This document shows positions 21,463-32,897 of a DNA stretch of 64,000 nt, in pieces (position 1 is the first letter of the stretch; the number at the start of each line of letters is the position of its first letter). The stretch comes from a virus (taxonomy: Duplodnaviria; Caudoviricetes). The DNA is taken from the IMG/VR virus record IMGVR_UViG_3300030330_005091, positions 1 through 64,000 of that record. The stretch is one strand, 5' to 3'. Made by a program: the position numbers and the translations under genes. The notes beneath the pieces were generated by a model. That model searched no databases. It saw nothing but the letters and a program-made list of their open reading frames with translations, and was not told where the DNA came from.

Positions 21463-23258
21463 TATCTAACCTTTCCTTTGACGTCAGTTTGTGGAAATTT
21501 AAGTTCAAAAATAGCATTTTTTGGACACATTAAATAGCTTCCATCAGGAGATAAGTTTTTATTAACTTGCAAATCTACATATGAATATGAGCCCCCTGTT
21601 TTTGGAACTATTTTTACCTTTAAAACATCGAGAACGTCTGGCTCTTTTTTCAATTCTGAATAAATATCGCTGATGTAAATTGGTTCACCTATAAAGAATC
21701 CTTCTGAGAATCTGTCGGCTATTCTTCTTATGGCTGATGCTAACGCGGTTGACTTGTTCGCTCCATCAACAGTTTTAATTACAAATTCAACTCCAATGTT
21801 GATTATGTATGCATCTAAAATATCAACTGTATCGTTAATCATTCTATGTTGGTTTAGCCATGTTTTTAGGTTTTGTTTTATGGTCCCATTAGATTCTATT
21901 AATTTTCCAAAAGAGTCTTCAGATATAATATATAAATTAATATTTCGCTTTTGTGAATCATTATCTTTTTGTGCGCTAACTCTTTTTATAGAACCAAATT
22001 TACCTGGCATACGTGTGGCTAAACTTTCATAATCTGTTTGTGTTACTGCTCTGTTTTGAGTTGGGAATGTATCGTAAATTCTTCTTTTAATCTCACTAGT
22101 TGATGGATTAGTAATATCTCCAACAATAGGTGTTTCATTTGAAACCTCGATGGTTGTGTTAATTTGATTTACCAAGTCCACACTTAATGAGGTTTTGTTT
22201 TGATAAATTAATCTAGCATTTGCAACAGTTTTTAAGGATCCAACACCAACATTTGAATTTGTGGGGTTGTTGGTTCGGTAAACAACTGTAAGTGTAGTGT
22301 TTGAAGGAACAATACCAAAACTTTGATTTTTAGTTAATCTTGTGGGATCAAACGTTGTGTCTGTCACATATGATTTGCCAAAAACATCTAGTGCAATGCT
22401 TTGAGGTTGTGCAACTACACCGGAACCACCATCTTCTCCGCTGCCGAATTGTAACGCATATCCTGTTGCGGTTCTCTCAACAACGTATTTTCTAGAAACC
22501 AACATTGGTTTTAATATCGAAGGAACGTTATCGTTTTTGTAATTTTTGTTTTTAAGTTCTTTGTATACCATATCTTGCGCGAGGTAATCAACTTCAAAGT
22601 ATTCATTACCTTCAGCATCAAATACAGATATAATTTCAGATAAGTTGTCAATGTTAAGGCTAACTTTTCTAAATCTTTCATAAGCACCGACCTTAACATC
22701 TTTTTGCGCAAAATCACCAGACACAACATTACCATATGCTTTTATAGCATATCTTGTTGGGGCACCTGTCGTATTATCTACCTGTGCAACCACCACACTA
22801 TTTTTTTCGTCGGCAAAGTTTACATTTTCGGTAAGAACAAATTTTAAACCAGTGTCGGACAAGAATGATGTTCCACGAGAAAGAATAGGTATATATGCCG
22901 TATCAGGACCCATTCCCGTAGAACTAGCTGGAACCATTATATAAAGTGCTACCTCCCCAAATGTAGAAGGGCGCCCGGGATCTTTGTATCCTAATACTCG
23001 GCCATGTCTTAAAACGTTACCTAATTGATACGCAGTATCAAGAAACGATTCATTAATGTTATAATCAAGATGCAAAGACATCTGATCACCCACATATGCA
23101 ACAGCGTCAATCATCATTGCGCCGAAGGATGCCTCGCTGAAATCCTGGAATGTGTCAGGATAAAATCTCTCTGCTAATTCCATAAGGTCATCTCGAATTC
23201 CGGAAAATTCTCTATTTGTATAATTGATTGGTAAATTCTTTTTTTGATCTTTTGACAT
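21462..23258 (-). CDS. Baseplate wedge protein (gpJ / T4 gp6-like)
   Basis: INYTNREFSGIRDDL...DFSEASFG...AYVGD...ESFLDTA N-terminus, QFGSG, and the QNRAVTQTDY motif typical of gp6/baseplate J. Confidence 0.9.
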   Translation of the reverse strand: MSKDQKKNLPINYTNREFSGIRDDLMELAERFYPDTFQDFSEASFGAMMIDAVAYVGDQMSLHLDYNINESFLDTAYQLGNVLRHGRVLGYKDPGRPSTFGEVALYIMVPASSTGMGPDTAYIPILSRGTSFLSDTGLKFVLTENVNFADEKNSVVVAQVDNTTGAPTRYAIKAYGNVVSGDFAQKDVKVGAYERFRKVSLNIDNLSEIISVFDAEGNEYFEVDYLAQDMVYKELKNKNYKNDNVPSILKPMLVSRKYVVERTATGYALQFGSGEDGGSGVVAQPQSIALDVFGKSYVTDTTFDPTRLTKNQSFGIVPSNTTLTVVYRTNNPTNSNVGVGSLKTVANARLIYQNKTSLSVDLVNQINTTIEVSNETPIVGDITNPSTSEIKRRIYDTFPTQNRAVTQTDYESLATRMPGKFGSIKRVSAQKDNDSQKRNINLYIISEDSFGKLIESNGTIKQNLKTWLNQHRMINDTVDILDAYIINIGVEFVIKTVDGANKSTALASAIRRIADRFSEGFFIGEPIYISDIYSELKKEPDVLDVLKVKIVPKTGGSYSYVDLQVNKNLSPDGSYLMCPKNAIFELKFPQTDVKGKVR

Positions 23259-23272
23259 ATTTTGTCCTCAAT

Positions 23273-23281
23273 CTAAATAGT
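23273..23281 (-). promoter_or_regulatory. Putative late-promoter motif ACTATTTAG
   Basis: Overlaps the gp25 stop, upstream of the GAGG RBS of the baseplate gene. Confidence 0.4.
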
Positions 23282-23641
23282 AAATTCTAATAAATCACTC
23301 AACCCAATATCAGGCACATAATATTCTATTGCAAAAGATAGTGAGTTTGTATCTGGATCATTTCCGTAAAATCTTATATTATTTATTATGACAGATGGCA
23401 TATAGCGAGCAACTTGAGTTTTAATTCTTTCCGATATTTGAGTCTCAATATTTTCAGAAAAATTATAAAATAAATATTGCTGCATTCCAACTCCAAAATC
23501 TGGTTCCATCACCCTCTCGCCAGGATTTGTGAGTATAAGCATTTTTAAATTTTGTCTTACAGTTTCATCTAATGTTTTCAACATTGTGAATCCATCACCA
23601 GAATCGTATGTAATAGGTAATTTAACACCAATTGACGCCAT
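23273..23641 (-). CDS. Baseplate wedge subunit gp25/GPW family
   Basis: QNLKMLILTNPGERVMEPDFGVG signature; 122 aa; adjacent to the gp6-like gene. Confidence 0.92.
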   Translation of the reverse strand: MASIGVKLPITYDSGDGFTMLKTLDETVRQNLKMLILTNPGERVMEPDFGVGMQQYLFYNFSENIETQISERIKTQVARYMPSVIINNIRFYGNDPDTNSLSFAIEYYVPDIGLSDLLEFTI

Positions 23642-23674
23642 TTATATTTCCTCTTTATTAATTATGCTTTACTA

Positions 23675-26600
23675 TTATTTTTTGCACACCTGACCAAGCG
23701 CATTGAATGGATTACTTACAATTCTTCGTTTCATCGACCATGGCATTTGACCAGCCAAAGGAGGTAATGCAAACGCAGCTTTTAAGTTTTTCAGTAAAAT
23801 TTTACCGGGACTAAACCCGCCATCGTCTGGGACATGTCCAAAATCTCTACTGTGATAGTAACGTTTAAATAGATTTCTAATTCTGCTTCTTGAGTTTCTT
23901 AATAATTCCTTATCCCAATCATCCCAAGGATTATCGTTCACAAACCAACTCATAGGCCAGCCGGCTGGATTGGCTCGATCTGATTTATGCTCCCAGCCTG
24001 GTGTGAACTCATAACCTAAAAGCTCGTCATCATCTCCTATCTTTACAAATACGCCAGGTTTTTCATCTGGTATACCGGACCTGTTTTCGCCTCGATCTAC
24101 TGTCTTTTGACCAATTGACGGCAAAAATCCAAAATCATTATAAATAGCCCACGTGGCTATCATTTTATTTAATGGAAACACATATCTGACAATTAATTGG
24201 AAATCTTTGTGCTCTTTTAGTTTGTTTATTAGACATAACAATAATTTTGAATTACCCTCTAAGTTAGGAACTTGATTTAATTTTAAATCTAATACATCTA
24301 TTTCGACGTTACATGCTTCCAAAGATTGTCCTCCCATTGTTACAGAAAATTTCAATCCGTATCGAACACCAAGCTCTCCTTTCAGTCCGACTACACGAGT
24401 GTCAGTTCCCATGGCTGTATCATCTGAATCAGGGGACGCTGGTTCATCATATAAATTAGCATCTCTCGGCTCAAAGTGAACATGTTCTAGTGTTCCGGGA
24501 AACACATCTGAAACGTTTTTCGAGGGATCACCGGCTCTCAAAATAGCAATTGCATCGTCGGGAGCGTATCTTTCACCGTTAATACTAATATATTTTTCTA
24601 ATCTAAAAAATTTACCGCCAGGAGTTGTTGTTCCGTTGCTTATCGGAGTTATATCGCCAATTGGAACAATTATTTTGTTTGCAAAAACAGTAAGTTCTGA
24701 GTGCGTTTCATCTGAGTGTGCCTCTCCGACCATATAAATTGAATTACCGTCCTCGTCTTCGTGAATATGATAAAAGCCACTGTATGGTGTGCCATCTGGT
24801 AACGCTAGCTCGGTTCCGTTAGTGTAGTGCCCAGAGCCGGACGTTTCTAAGCCGACAACTTCTTCCTTTATTACTTTGTCTAATGATAAACCTATGGCTC
24901 CTTCAGATAAATTACTCATTGCGTAGTAATCCATGTCAGAATATGTGGGAGACATATTTATTGATTTCATGTTTTGAGTGAAAATTTCACCAATTGTATT
25001 CATTTCCATAGAAATCATTTCTTTTAGAACAAGTTTAGCATGTTCTTCTGTTGCTCTGACGGCATTTAATTTTTCTTCATAGCGGAAACTATCCAAAGTA
25101 TCAAATGGCCATGGCTCGGCGCGACCAGAAGAACGCGCAGCTTTTAGTTGCTCATCATATTGAAAACTATATCTTTCTTGCATGTCATTTATTTTATAAA
25201 GTGCATTTAAGACAGATTCCGGAGGGTCTGTGATTTCACCGTCATCAACTAGTCGAGCGTATGTTTGGACAGATTGCTCTAAAAAGGCATACCAAAATTC
25301 TTCATCTTTAAATGATAAAAACCATTCCCACCAAGCGCCGCCAGGATCTTTAAAAGATAACTCCATTTGTTCAGCGACATATGCTGAAAAAAGAGAACTG
25401 CAAGTTTCTGGAAATTTAGGAGCAAAAGTGCTAAATGTAGCCATGGCTTTAATCATGTGAGTTGTTCCCCAAATTCTACAAGCTGCCTTGACTAATCCTT
25501 GGATTCCTGACTTACTACTTCTTTCTAATATTCTATTGTATGGAACTTCTACTGCGCAATATTCTTTTTCTCTAAGTCGTTGATCGTCCGGCATAAATGT
25601 ATATGCTCTAGAAATTTCATCTTGAATATCGTTAAATTCTACCATATTCTTTTTTGATGGCTTACATGGACTTAATTCAGGAAAAATTACATCTACAAAG
25701 CCACGCCAGCCTTTGTTTTGAACAGGGGTTATGTAAATTTTTGGCTTGGTATATGTTCCACCGTAAGTATCAGGGTGTAAATAGAACACTCGGTTGGGGC
25801 GCCCACTATCCTCGTATTTCTCTTCATATTCCATTTTGCTGATTCCTAGAATCATGTCGTCGTTTTCAATTTCTCTGTTACCATCTCGCTCGCCTTCGTC
25901 GTAATTTGCTACTTCCGCGTCACCATAAAAAGTTCCACCAGGAGATAATGTTTGCTTTTTATCAACAACATACAGTGTATCGTCCATTGTGAGATCATCA
26001 TACAAAGCACCATATAACCACGCGGGCTTTGACGGGCCAGGTTTTGTCTGAAGAGGATCTGCCTCGCCATGTATCTCACGCTTTATTTCATTAAACATCT
26101 GACTCATAGCAGCGTTATAGTTTTGGGTAGACACAATTATTTGCGTATCGTTAAATTTTGATAATATTTCTTGCAATAATATTATTTGAGGTGGCTTTTC
26201 AGTTCCGTATTCAAAAGAAGAATTAAATTTTGGATATTCTTCTGTATTCAAATCGTCTAGTGTTGGATCAACCGAATAAAACTCAAATTCCCTAGATTTT
26301 TGGGTCGAATCATCTCCAAATCTTTGGTATTCATTTATTGTAATTCTTGCATTATCCCCTTTTCTAAATCTATGGGTTGCTAACATCATTCTTAGCGCCT
26401 CTATTCTCTGTAATAGCTCATCGACTCTTTGTTGTGCCAATTCGGCGCCTTCCATCTCAAGCGGTGATGGTGCGGAACCTGTTGTTATTCTGCCAGTTTC
26501 TGGGTCTATAACGTCATATGTTTGAAAACTAAGACTTGGTTGTTTTGGGCTTGGATTTATAGCCACCAACTCGGGAGTATAAAGTTCTATATCATAGCCC

Positions 26601-29600
26601 CATGACGGATCCTCGCCATCGTGTTCACGATAACCATTAGCATTATTCTCGTATGAGATTACTAAATCTGGAGTTGCTTTTCTACTTCTCTTGGTAATTT
26701 TCAATTGCTTTGGGCCCATTTGTGCTTGCAATTTAACATTCCATCCGTAGTCTGGTAAAGCTATAAGGTTTATGTTTGTCCAAAACCACCCTTCCCATCC
26801 TAAGTCGTCAAAGCTTTTAAAATAATTCTTTGGTTTTTGTAAATCAGTGTTGGTTTTAAATTCTACATTAGTTAACATCATCTGTTCCCACATCCACTCA
26901 GCAACATATGCAGGGTATTGATGTTGTTGTTCTACTACTGAAGGAACAAAAAACGGAGCCAGCACTTCACCAACCTCTTCAGCTACCTCTTCAACCAAAT
27001 CAGATGAATCTTGAATAAAGTCAACTGAGCTAATGTTTCTGGCAACTTTTCTCTGGTGTTCAGTAAATGGATGACCATTAGTGTCCGAAAGGATCATGTT
27101 TAACATGCCCCAGCCTTTTTCGCCAGAACCAAAATCACCTTTACCCAACATATCTTGAGCAAATTCCATTTGAAGCTGTTTAAGGCCGCTACCTAAAACA
27201 ATCCCAACTGCTGCTTGTGATTCTTCTGATTCAAAAGGTATCAAGCCATCATCACAGCCTGGCTGTGATACGATTGGAGGCATCGCATCTTCTATTGCTT
27301 GTGCAACACCTCCTTGTAAAATTGTGGTAATTTCTTCTAAATCTTCTAAATTTTCGTTTTGTAAGTTATTAAACATAGCCGCACACTGCTCTGGTGTCGC
27401 ACGACCTTCTAAAAGTAAGCACCTTCTATCTTGAAACGCCTCAATATCTTCGGGACTAGCACATAGTGAGGGGTTAGCTGGTAATTCATCGTCATCTGGT
27501 AGTGCATCCAGAATCTCGTTCATGGCTGCTCTTACGTCTACTGGGAACAAATTTCCTACATCGGAAAAGAAGTCCTGCAGGTGTCCCTTGGTTGGCATGC
27601 CTTCAAGGAACTCAGGATATTGATTTTCCATAATAGTATAGACTATATCAATAAAATCGTTGCTAGCGTTACCCATGAATGCTTCCATAAGTTCTGTTCT
27701 AGTGGTTGCATTACTTATATCGCCTGTAAAATTAGCTACTGCTTGTGTGTCAGCTAAGGCTGCTCCACCTACACCAAGTTTTTCAAACATTTCAATAATA
27801 GTCGCATTTACTTGATTATCATCTGCTTCTGGGCCACATATACTTTCCCTTATAACATCAGCAAACGTTGTTTTTCCAGCTATGACAGAAGGGATAGCTA
27901 GCGCAAGATCACCAGTAATCTCTAGTGCTTTGCAAATTGCATCGCCAATAATCTGACATATCTTAACTAAAATTTTCATAATGATATGAATTACCAACGT
28001 AGTAATTGCCAACACCATCGCTTCAAATAATAGCTTGGGCCAATCCATAATGTATGGAATAATTGTTCCTGGGTTTTCCAGTCTAAACATCTTTATTTCA
28101 TTAATGTTTCGACAGAAAGGCAACTCCAGTGTCTTTAAAAAGTCAAAAAATGTAGGATCAAACATTGGTGGGCGCGGACAATCAACCAAAGCAATAATTG
28201 ATGCGATAATTTGGGCGCCAGGATACTTGTTAAGCAAGTCAGTAAGCCCCAGAAGGTTATCGCCATAAACCTCTATGAGCGCCATAACATATGCTTGCAT
28301 AATATTGTTAGGATCAAGCTCCTCTTGAGCGCGTGCAGAAACATCAAATTGTTGTGCTAAAGTTCTTTTAACCGGTTGTTCAGTCGCACCTTTTAAATTC
28401 TTAGGTCGAGGAAAAGTTCCATAGTTTCCTTCTTTTAGTTGAGAACGTTCACGATTTATAATATCTTCGTTTTCCCATGGGCGATATTTTTTAACACTAA
28501 TTTTACCATAAAACGGCTTGTCTTGCAAGGTGCCAGCGCCAGAATCCATACCTTGGCCGGCGTCGGACATTCTCTGTAAATTAGAACCTTCACCAAATAT
28601 ATCACTATTTTCTAATTTTTTATTAACCAAATCTTCTAATTCATTTTGTTTATCAGGCGGCAAACCAATAAACAAATCACCAAAATTTTCAATTGACATG
28701 GCGTTTAATGCAGCTTTTATAGCACTAGCTAATGCTTCTTCAAGTGATAGACCTTTGAATAAGCATTGTAAAGCATCTATCATCAAATCCAAAAGGCCAC
28801 ACAATTTCATACGACCAAAGCCAAATCGCCACATATCGTGAATCATCTGTTGACCACCACCAGGAAACGGTAAAGCAGCAGAAATCATTCGAGCACACAA
28901 CTGAACAAACATTCTATCATCTTCGTATAACGTTTGGAACGCTTGCTCTGTTGCCATACCTAATGCGTTTTTAGTTTCTCCAGTAGCCTTATCGACGACT
29001 TTAAAGGGATCTATTACTTGCTTGTCTGGATCTTTTTTCGATGGTTTATAAGCTAACCCAAGTGCATTTTTTTCATCATCTACATCTTGCAGTGTTTTTT
29101 GGCAAACATTTCTATGAAATTGATAAGCAATTGCATCACCTATACTAAACACGTCATCCAATATGTCCATTCCAAGCTGCTTTCCTTCTTTCGCTAATGC
29201 ATCCCCGATACAACTCATAGCTGTTTGTGGTTTCGCTTCTGCTGGTGGCGGGATAGTAAATGATGATTGCACCTCTGGGAAGGTAAATTTTTCTACAAAC
29301 TCAATCCACGGGCGTTCAACTCTCGCGGACAAAAAGTTATCAATTTGATTTAGTTGTGTAAAATAGCCAACCGCGGTTGGATCTTTCCAAGCAGCTTTGC
29401 TGTTTAAAGATTTTAATCGTTTTTTCCCATAAACACGTGGTCGCTTAGTGCATCTAGATGTATACACTTTCATCTTTCTAAGCTTCATTTCTGGAGTGAA
29501 GTAAAAGGTAATTCTAGTTACTCTTTCTCTAAACCATCCCCAACCAGTGCCAACGCCAAATATATTCATACCTCGATCATTTAACCAATTATCTAAATCA

Positions 29601-30325
29601 GTTAACAAATCGCTCATTCTTGAACTTCCAAAAAAGAATCCTAGATCCCCATATCGATCAAACTGAGATTTTGTAAAGGTTTTACCAGATTTGACAAATT
29701 GAAAACTACCACCCTCTAGTGCCTGAAAGACCCTATAATAGCGCGAATACATATACATTGCCTTTCTCAATTTTAAAAGCTTGGGATTTATAGCACTAGC
29801 ACTATAAGTTATTTCAACCCCTTGACCGGCCGCTTCGTCGTCAATATCATTATCTTCTTCTCTTTCTTCAATTGGCGCAAAAACATCATATGGTAATGTA
29901 TACAAAAGTTTTACAACAGAACCATATCGAGTGTCAAGATCATATTTTGTATAATCTATCGTATTAATTAAGCTATTAACAGTGTCAGAGCTTTCTTCTT
30001 TGTTAAAACCATCTAACAGACCTTGGACTGCTGCCGCAGCATTATCTTTAAACAATTTTTCGACAAATTCTTCGTCAGTTAAGTCTGGCGTTGGTGATCT
30101 CAATGTTTTCGACATTGTTACAACAGTTATTTGAAATGTGCAATACTTGTCATTAAACCATGGCTCATCGACAGTTCTTTTTTTCCATTTTGGAACGACG
30201 GCGCTTGGATTTGGCTTGCAAGATGGACAATTGCTGACCTTTATGATCTTGTCGTCATCACAAACATCGGGCATGCCGTCATTGTTTTTATCTTGGTATT
30301 TTAAAAATTTAGATTCGTCTGCCAT
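23675..30325 (-). CDS. Giant hypothetical virion/baseplate-associated protein (2216 aa)
   Basis: Long, largely helical, Cys-dotted ORF between gp25 and the gp5-like genes; N-terminal DKNNDG Ca-loop-like motif. Confidence 0.75.
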   Translation of the reverse strand: MADESKFLKYQDKNNDGMPDVCDDDKIIKVSNCPSCKPNPSAVVPKWKKRTVDEPWFNDKYCTFQITVVTMSKTLRSPTPDLTDEEFVEKLFKDNAAAAVQGLLDGFNKEESSDTVNSLINTIDYTKYDLDTRYGSVVKLLYTLPYDVFAPIEEREEDNDIDDEAAGQGVEITYSASAINPKLLKLRKAMYMYSRYYRVFQALEGGSFQFVKSGKTFTKSQFDRYGDLGFFFGSSRMSDLLTDLDNWLNDRGMNIFGVGTGWGWFRERVTRITFYFTPEMKLRKMKVYTSRCTKRPRVYGKKRLKSLNSKAAWKDPTAVGYFTQLNQIDNFLSARVERPWIEFVEKFTFPEVQSSFTIPPPAEAKPQTAMSCIGDALAKEGKQLGMDILDDVFSIGDAIAYQFHRNVCQKTLQDVDDEKNALGLAYKPSKKDPDKQVIDPFKVVDKATGETKNALGMATEQAFQTLYEDDRMFVQLCARMISAALPFPGGGQQMIHDMWRFGFGRMKLCGLLDLMIDALQCLFKGLSLEEALASAIKAALNAMSIENFGDLFIGLPPDKQNELEDLVNKKLENSDIFGEGSNLQRMSDAGQGMDSGAGTLQDKPFYGKISVKKYRPWENEDIINRERSQLKEGNYGTFPRPKNLKGATEQPVKRTLAQQFDVSARAQEELDPNNIMQAYVMALIEVYGDNLLGLTDLLNKYPGAQIIASIIALVDCPRPPMFDPTFFDFLKTLELPFCRNINEIKMFRLENPGTIIPYIMDWPKLLFEAMVLAITTLVIHIIMKILVKICQIIGDAICKALEITGDLALAIPSVIAGKTTFADVIRESICGPEADDNQVNATIIEMFEKLGVGGAALADTQAVANFTGDISNATTRTELMEAFMGNASNDFIDIVYTIMENQYPEFLEGMPTKGHLQDFFSDVGNLFPVDVRAAMNEILDALPDDDELPANPSLCASPEDIEAFQDRRCLLLEGRATPEQCAAMFNNLQNENLEDLEEITTILQGGVAQAIEDAMPPIVSQPGCDDGLIPFESEESQAAVGIVLGSGLKQLQMEFAQDMLGKGDFGSGEKGWGMLNMILSDTNGHPFTEHQRKVARNISSVDFIQDSSDLVEEVAEEVGEVLAPFFVPSVVEQQHQYPAYVAEWMWEQMMLTNVEFKTNTDLQKPKNYFKSFDDLGWEGWFWTNINLIALPDYGWNVKLQAQMGPKQLKITKRSRKATPDLVISYENNANGYREHDGEDPSWGYDIELYTPELVAINPSPKQPSLSFQTYDVIDPETGRITTGSAPSPLEMEGAELAQQRVDELLQRIEALRMMLATHRFRKGDNARITINEYQRFGDDSTQKSREFEFYSVDPTLDDLNTEEYPKFNSSFEYGTEKPPQIILLQEILSKFNDTQIIVSTQNYNAAMSQMFNEIKREIHGEADPLQTKPGPSKPAWLYGALYDDLTMDDTLYVVDKKQTLSPGGTFYGDAEVANYDEGERDGNREIENDDMILGISKMEYEEKYEDSGRPNRVFYLHPDTYGGTYTKPKIYITPVQNKGWRGFVDVIFPELSPCKPSKKNMVEFNDIQDEISRAYTFMPDDQRLREKEYCAVEVPYNRILERSSKSGIQGLVKAACRIWGTTHMIKAMATFSTFAPKFPETCSSLFSAYVAEQMELSFKDPGGAWWEWFLSFKDEEFWYAFLEQSVQTYARLVDDGEITDPPESVLNALYKINDMQERYSFQYDEQLKAARSSGRAEPWPFDTLDSFRYEEKLNAVRATEEHAKLVLKEMISMEMNTIGEIFTQNMKSINMSPTYSDMDYYAMSNLSEGAIGLSLDKVIKEEVVGLETSGSGHYTNGTELALPDGTPYSGFYHIHEDEDGNSIYMVGEAHSDETHSELTVFANKIIVPIGDITPISNGTTTPGGKFFRLEKYISINGERYAPDDAIAILRAGDPSKNVSDVFPGTLEHVHFEPRDANLYDEPASPDSDDTAMGTDTRVVGLKGELGVRYGLKFSVTMGGQSLEACNVEIDVLDLKLNQVPNLEGNSKLLLCLINKLKEHKDFQLIVRYVFPLNKMIATWAIYNDFGFLPSIGQKTVDRGENRSGIPDEKPGVFVKIGDDDELLGYEFTPGWEHKSDRANPAGWPMSWFVNDNPWDDWDKELLRNSRSRIRNLFKRYYHSRDFGHVPDDGGFSPGKILLKNLKAAFALPPLAGQMPWSMKRRIVSNPFNALGQVCKK

Positions 30326-30335
30326 TTATACACCC

Positions 30336-31415
30336 TTATGTCGAAAACACATTTTGACTTGTAACATACTTGTATCCGAAGTCATATATATAGTTAAATT
30401 CCCACAATACTTTATCAATTCTAATATTCCAAATTGCAAGATTCAGTGAGGTAAGCTCCGTAATACCTAATGCTGCCGACCCAGGTGGACGCCATGGTTC
30501 CCAGACGCTTGGTCCCATAAGTGCTGTGTCAACTTCTGTCATAATTGCAATACGATCTACAACACCTATTAACATTTCAATCATATATCCTAATTCTTGA
30601 AGCGCATCTCTTGTGAAATCTCCACGAGCAACACCTTGCAAATCATATACCAGTTCAATTGGGTTACGTAGTCCACCAAAAACATATGATGAATCTGTAA
30701 CGTTTCCTGCAATTAATTCAATTGGTGGGGCGGGTTCTTGAATGGCGCCACCGCGTGAATTAGTTTCTCCCTTAAGACCTGCGCCTCTAAACGCATACGA
30801 ACGACCCGATACAATTTTAACTCCATTTCGACCAATAATTCTGGCGTTGTCGGCTTTAATTGCTACCGCTGAGCGTGGTTGTTCAGAGACCCCTATTTCA
30901 TGCTTTGAACCAATAATTCCTGATGCTAATCCAAAATGTAAATCAACTTTTGTTAACTGACTAACGTATATTCTAGCAGCATCACATGCAAAATTAGGGT
31001 TTACAGCTTCAATCTTTCCCCTTGCTATTTCTTTATCTTTACACGACATTCTTCCGGCCACTATATCAATAGTATATGCACCGGTAGAGCCGGCGCCACC
31101 TTCGCCTGAAGCTTGAACGTGTGGGCGGTCAGTGCCTAAAACAATTGCAGCGCGATTGTTATAATTTTTAATAGATTTACCGCCCTCTTGTTCTACAAAA
31201 TTGATTGTGGGCTCGGGCACCTGAGTTCCCATTAACCCTGTATTTGGTGGCAAAACCTTTGAAGAATTTAAAAAAGATTGCATCGCCTGTGAGCGAGCAT
31301 TTGCACCCACAGCATTTGCCACCGCCTTACGACCCGCCATCGTATTGGGAGGACTTTTTTCCATTCTTTCCCAAAAGTCTTTTACAAATTTATCTTGTTT
31401 TTTTGAACCTGGCAT
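30336..31415 (-). CDS. Putative baseplate hub/spike protein (gp5 C-terminal-like)
   Basis: Beta-rich repeats (IVLGTDRP, IDIVAGR, DAARIYVSQ, AIKADNARIIGRNGVKIV); position between the lysozyme and baseplate genes. Confidence 0.55.
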   Translation of the reverse strand: MPGSKKQDKFVKDFWERMEKSPPNTMAGRKAVANAVGANARSQAMQSFLNSSKVLPPNTGLMGTQVPEPTINFVEQEGGKSIKNYNNRAAIVLGTDRPHVQASGEGGAGSTGAYTIDIVAGRMSCKDKEIARGKIEAVNPNFACDAARIYVSQLTKVDLHFGLASGIIGSKHEIGVSEQPRSAVAIKADNARIIGRNGVKIVSGRSYAFRGAGLKGETNSRGGAIQEPAPPIELIAGNVTDSSYVFGGLRNPIELVYDLQGVARGDFTRDALQELGYMIEMLIGVVDRIAIMTEVDTALMGPSVWEPWRPPGSAALGITELTSLNLAIWNIRIDKVLWEFNYIYDFGYKYVTSQNVFST

Positions 31416-31428
31416 TTTTTTATCCTAA

Positions 31429-32844
31429 TTAAGTGGGCATCCCTAGAGCCGCGGCCATGGCATCTAAATCTTCTTCTTCTGTTTCAGTTACATCACCGCC
31501 TGCAGAAGCACTAGAAGCATTAGCTACGACTTCAATTTCATTTTTTAATAAAACACTTGTTATTGCACCAGAGCCTAAAAAGCTTTGTTGTGATTCTTTT
31601 AGTAGTGCAACTAAATCATCTGGACCGTGTCCAGAACGTGAAGATGATCTATTACCAGCACAACCTTCATATGCACTTTGGCCCTTTCGAACAATCTTAT
31701 TACAACTAGGCAAAGGTGATCTGACAGCGTATTGAAGTGGGATTGACGCCCATTCATAGGCCATGGCTTGGCCGGCCTCCGAGTAATTATCGTGAGCACC
31801 TAATAAATAATTTCCGACAATTGGTCTTTTAACAAATACAAGATATACAGCCAAGGCTTCTTGCGTTTGGCCACTAAAAATTACAGAGTCAAAATCTATA
31901 CCTGGCGATGTCTTTTTAAAATAATCGACAGTTTCTTTAAATGTGGGTCCAATCCATTGATAAGCTCCTACAGCGTCAGATGTGACACCAGGAATTGTGT
32001 CAATTGTTCCTCCTGGATTTTGTGAGGTTCTAATTTCAGATAGTGTCATTTGATCAACTCTTTTGCCTGTTGCTGGATCCGTCCAGCCTGTTAGATGCCC
32101 AATAACACTCTCATAGACACCTTCTGATGCCTTAATCCATTTTCCTAATTTTTTGAATGCCGGCACTTGACTAATTTCAATTGCTTCGTTCCATGAGATT
32201 CTAATTGAGTTAGAAACCACGGGCGCGTTTGATCTTTCTTCTGGTCCTATATTCATATCTTCTAGAGTTGTTTCAATCCCTTCAAACAAAAACTCATATT
32301 TTCTTGCAATTGTATTTTTTTGCATTCCATCATCAGACATTAAAGCAGAATGCTCTAATTCTACCATGGAACAAAACTGTAACGATGGGACGTCAGGATC
32401 AATATTGCTTTTTTGTGTTTGAACTTTAATTCTATCACCAACTTTTAATCCAGTTGATAAATCACCTAGCGCAACGCATATAGGTAAATTTACTGTTTTG
32501 TTTCTAGCGATAAGAACGTCGTTAGTTAAAGAAAGTGCTTCAAAATCTGGTATGGCGCCACTAGCTGATTTTCTTTTGTTGTCGCCTTTTAAAAACTTAA
32601 CTCTAAAAACTTTTGCATCTCTTATACGACCTGATGAATACGAAGTATCTGCTTCTGGGCCAGCCGGCATAAATCCAGACAAGTTTTCAGTAGATTCATC
32701 TCTAGGTTCACTCATTATAATAGCTGATTGAACAGGACCATAAGGGCTCCGCGAAGTAACCTGTTTAATTAAGTATTCTCTAAGCTTTCGAGCTTGTCTT
32801 GGATTAGATATATCATCCCAATGTATGCTATCTGTAAATGACAT
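31429..32844 (-). CDS. Baseplate-associated muramidase (lambda R / GH24-GH104-like C-terminal domain)
   Basis: SEG-x-Y, AVGAYQW, FSGQTQ and EWASIP motifs of lambda-lysozyme-like enzymes; N-terminal half unassigned. Confidence 0.8.
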   Translation of the reverse strand: MSFTDSIHWDDISNPRQARKLREYLIKQVTSRSPYGPVQSAIIMSEPRDESTENLSGFMPAGPEADTSYSSGRIRDAKVFRVKFLKGDNKRKSASGAIPDFEALSLTNDVLIARNKTVNLPICVALGDLSTGLKVGDRIKVQTQKSNIDPDVPSLQFCSMVELEHSALMSDDGMQKNTIARKYEFLFEGIETTLEDMNIGPEERSNAPVVSNSIRISWNEAIEISQVPAFKKLGKWIKASEGVYESVIGHLTGWTDPATGKRVDQMTLSEIRTSQNPGGTIDTIPGVTSDAVGAYQWIGPTFKETVDYFKKTSPGIDFDSVIFSGQTQEALAVYLVFVKRPIVGNYLLGAHDNYSEAGQAMAYEWASIPLQYAVRSPLPSCNKIVRKGQSAYEGCAGNRSSSRSGHGPDDLVALLKESQQSFLGSGAITSVLLKNEIEVVANASSASAGGDVTETEEEDLDAMAAALGMPT

Positions 32845-32874
32845 GTTAAAAAATTACCTCGAAAGTGTTGCTTA

Positions 32875-32883
32875 ATAAATAGT
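32875..32883 (-). promoter_or_regulatory. Putative late-promoter motif ACTATTTAT
   Basis: Intergenic, at the head of the baseplate/structural operon. Confidence 0.55.
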
Positions 32884-32897
32884 TTTTCAAAAAAATA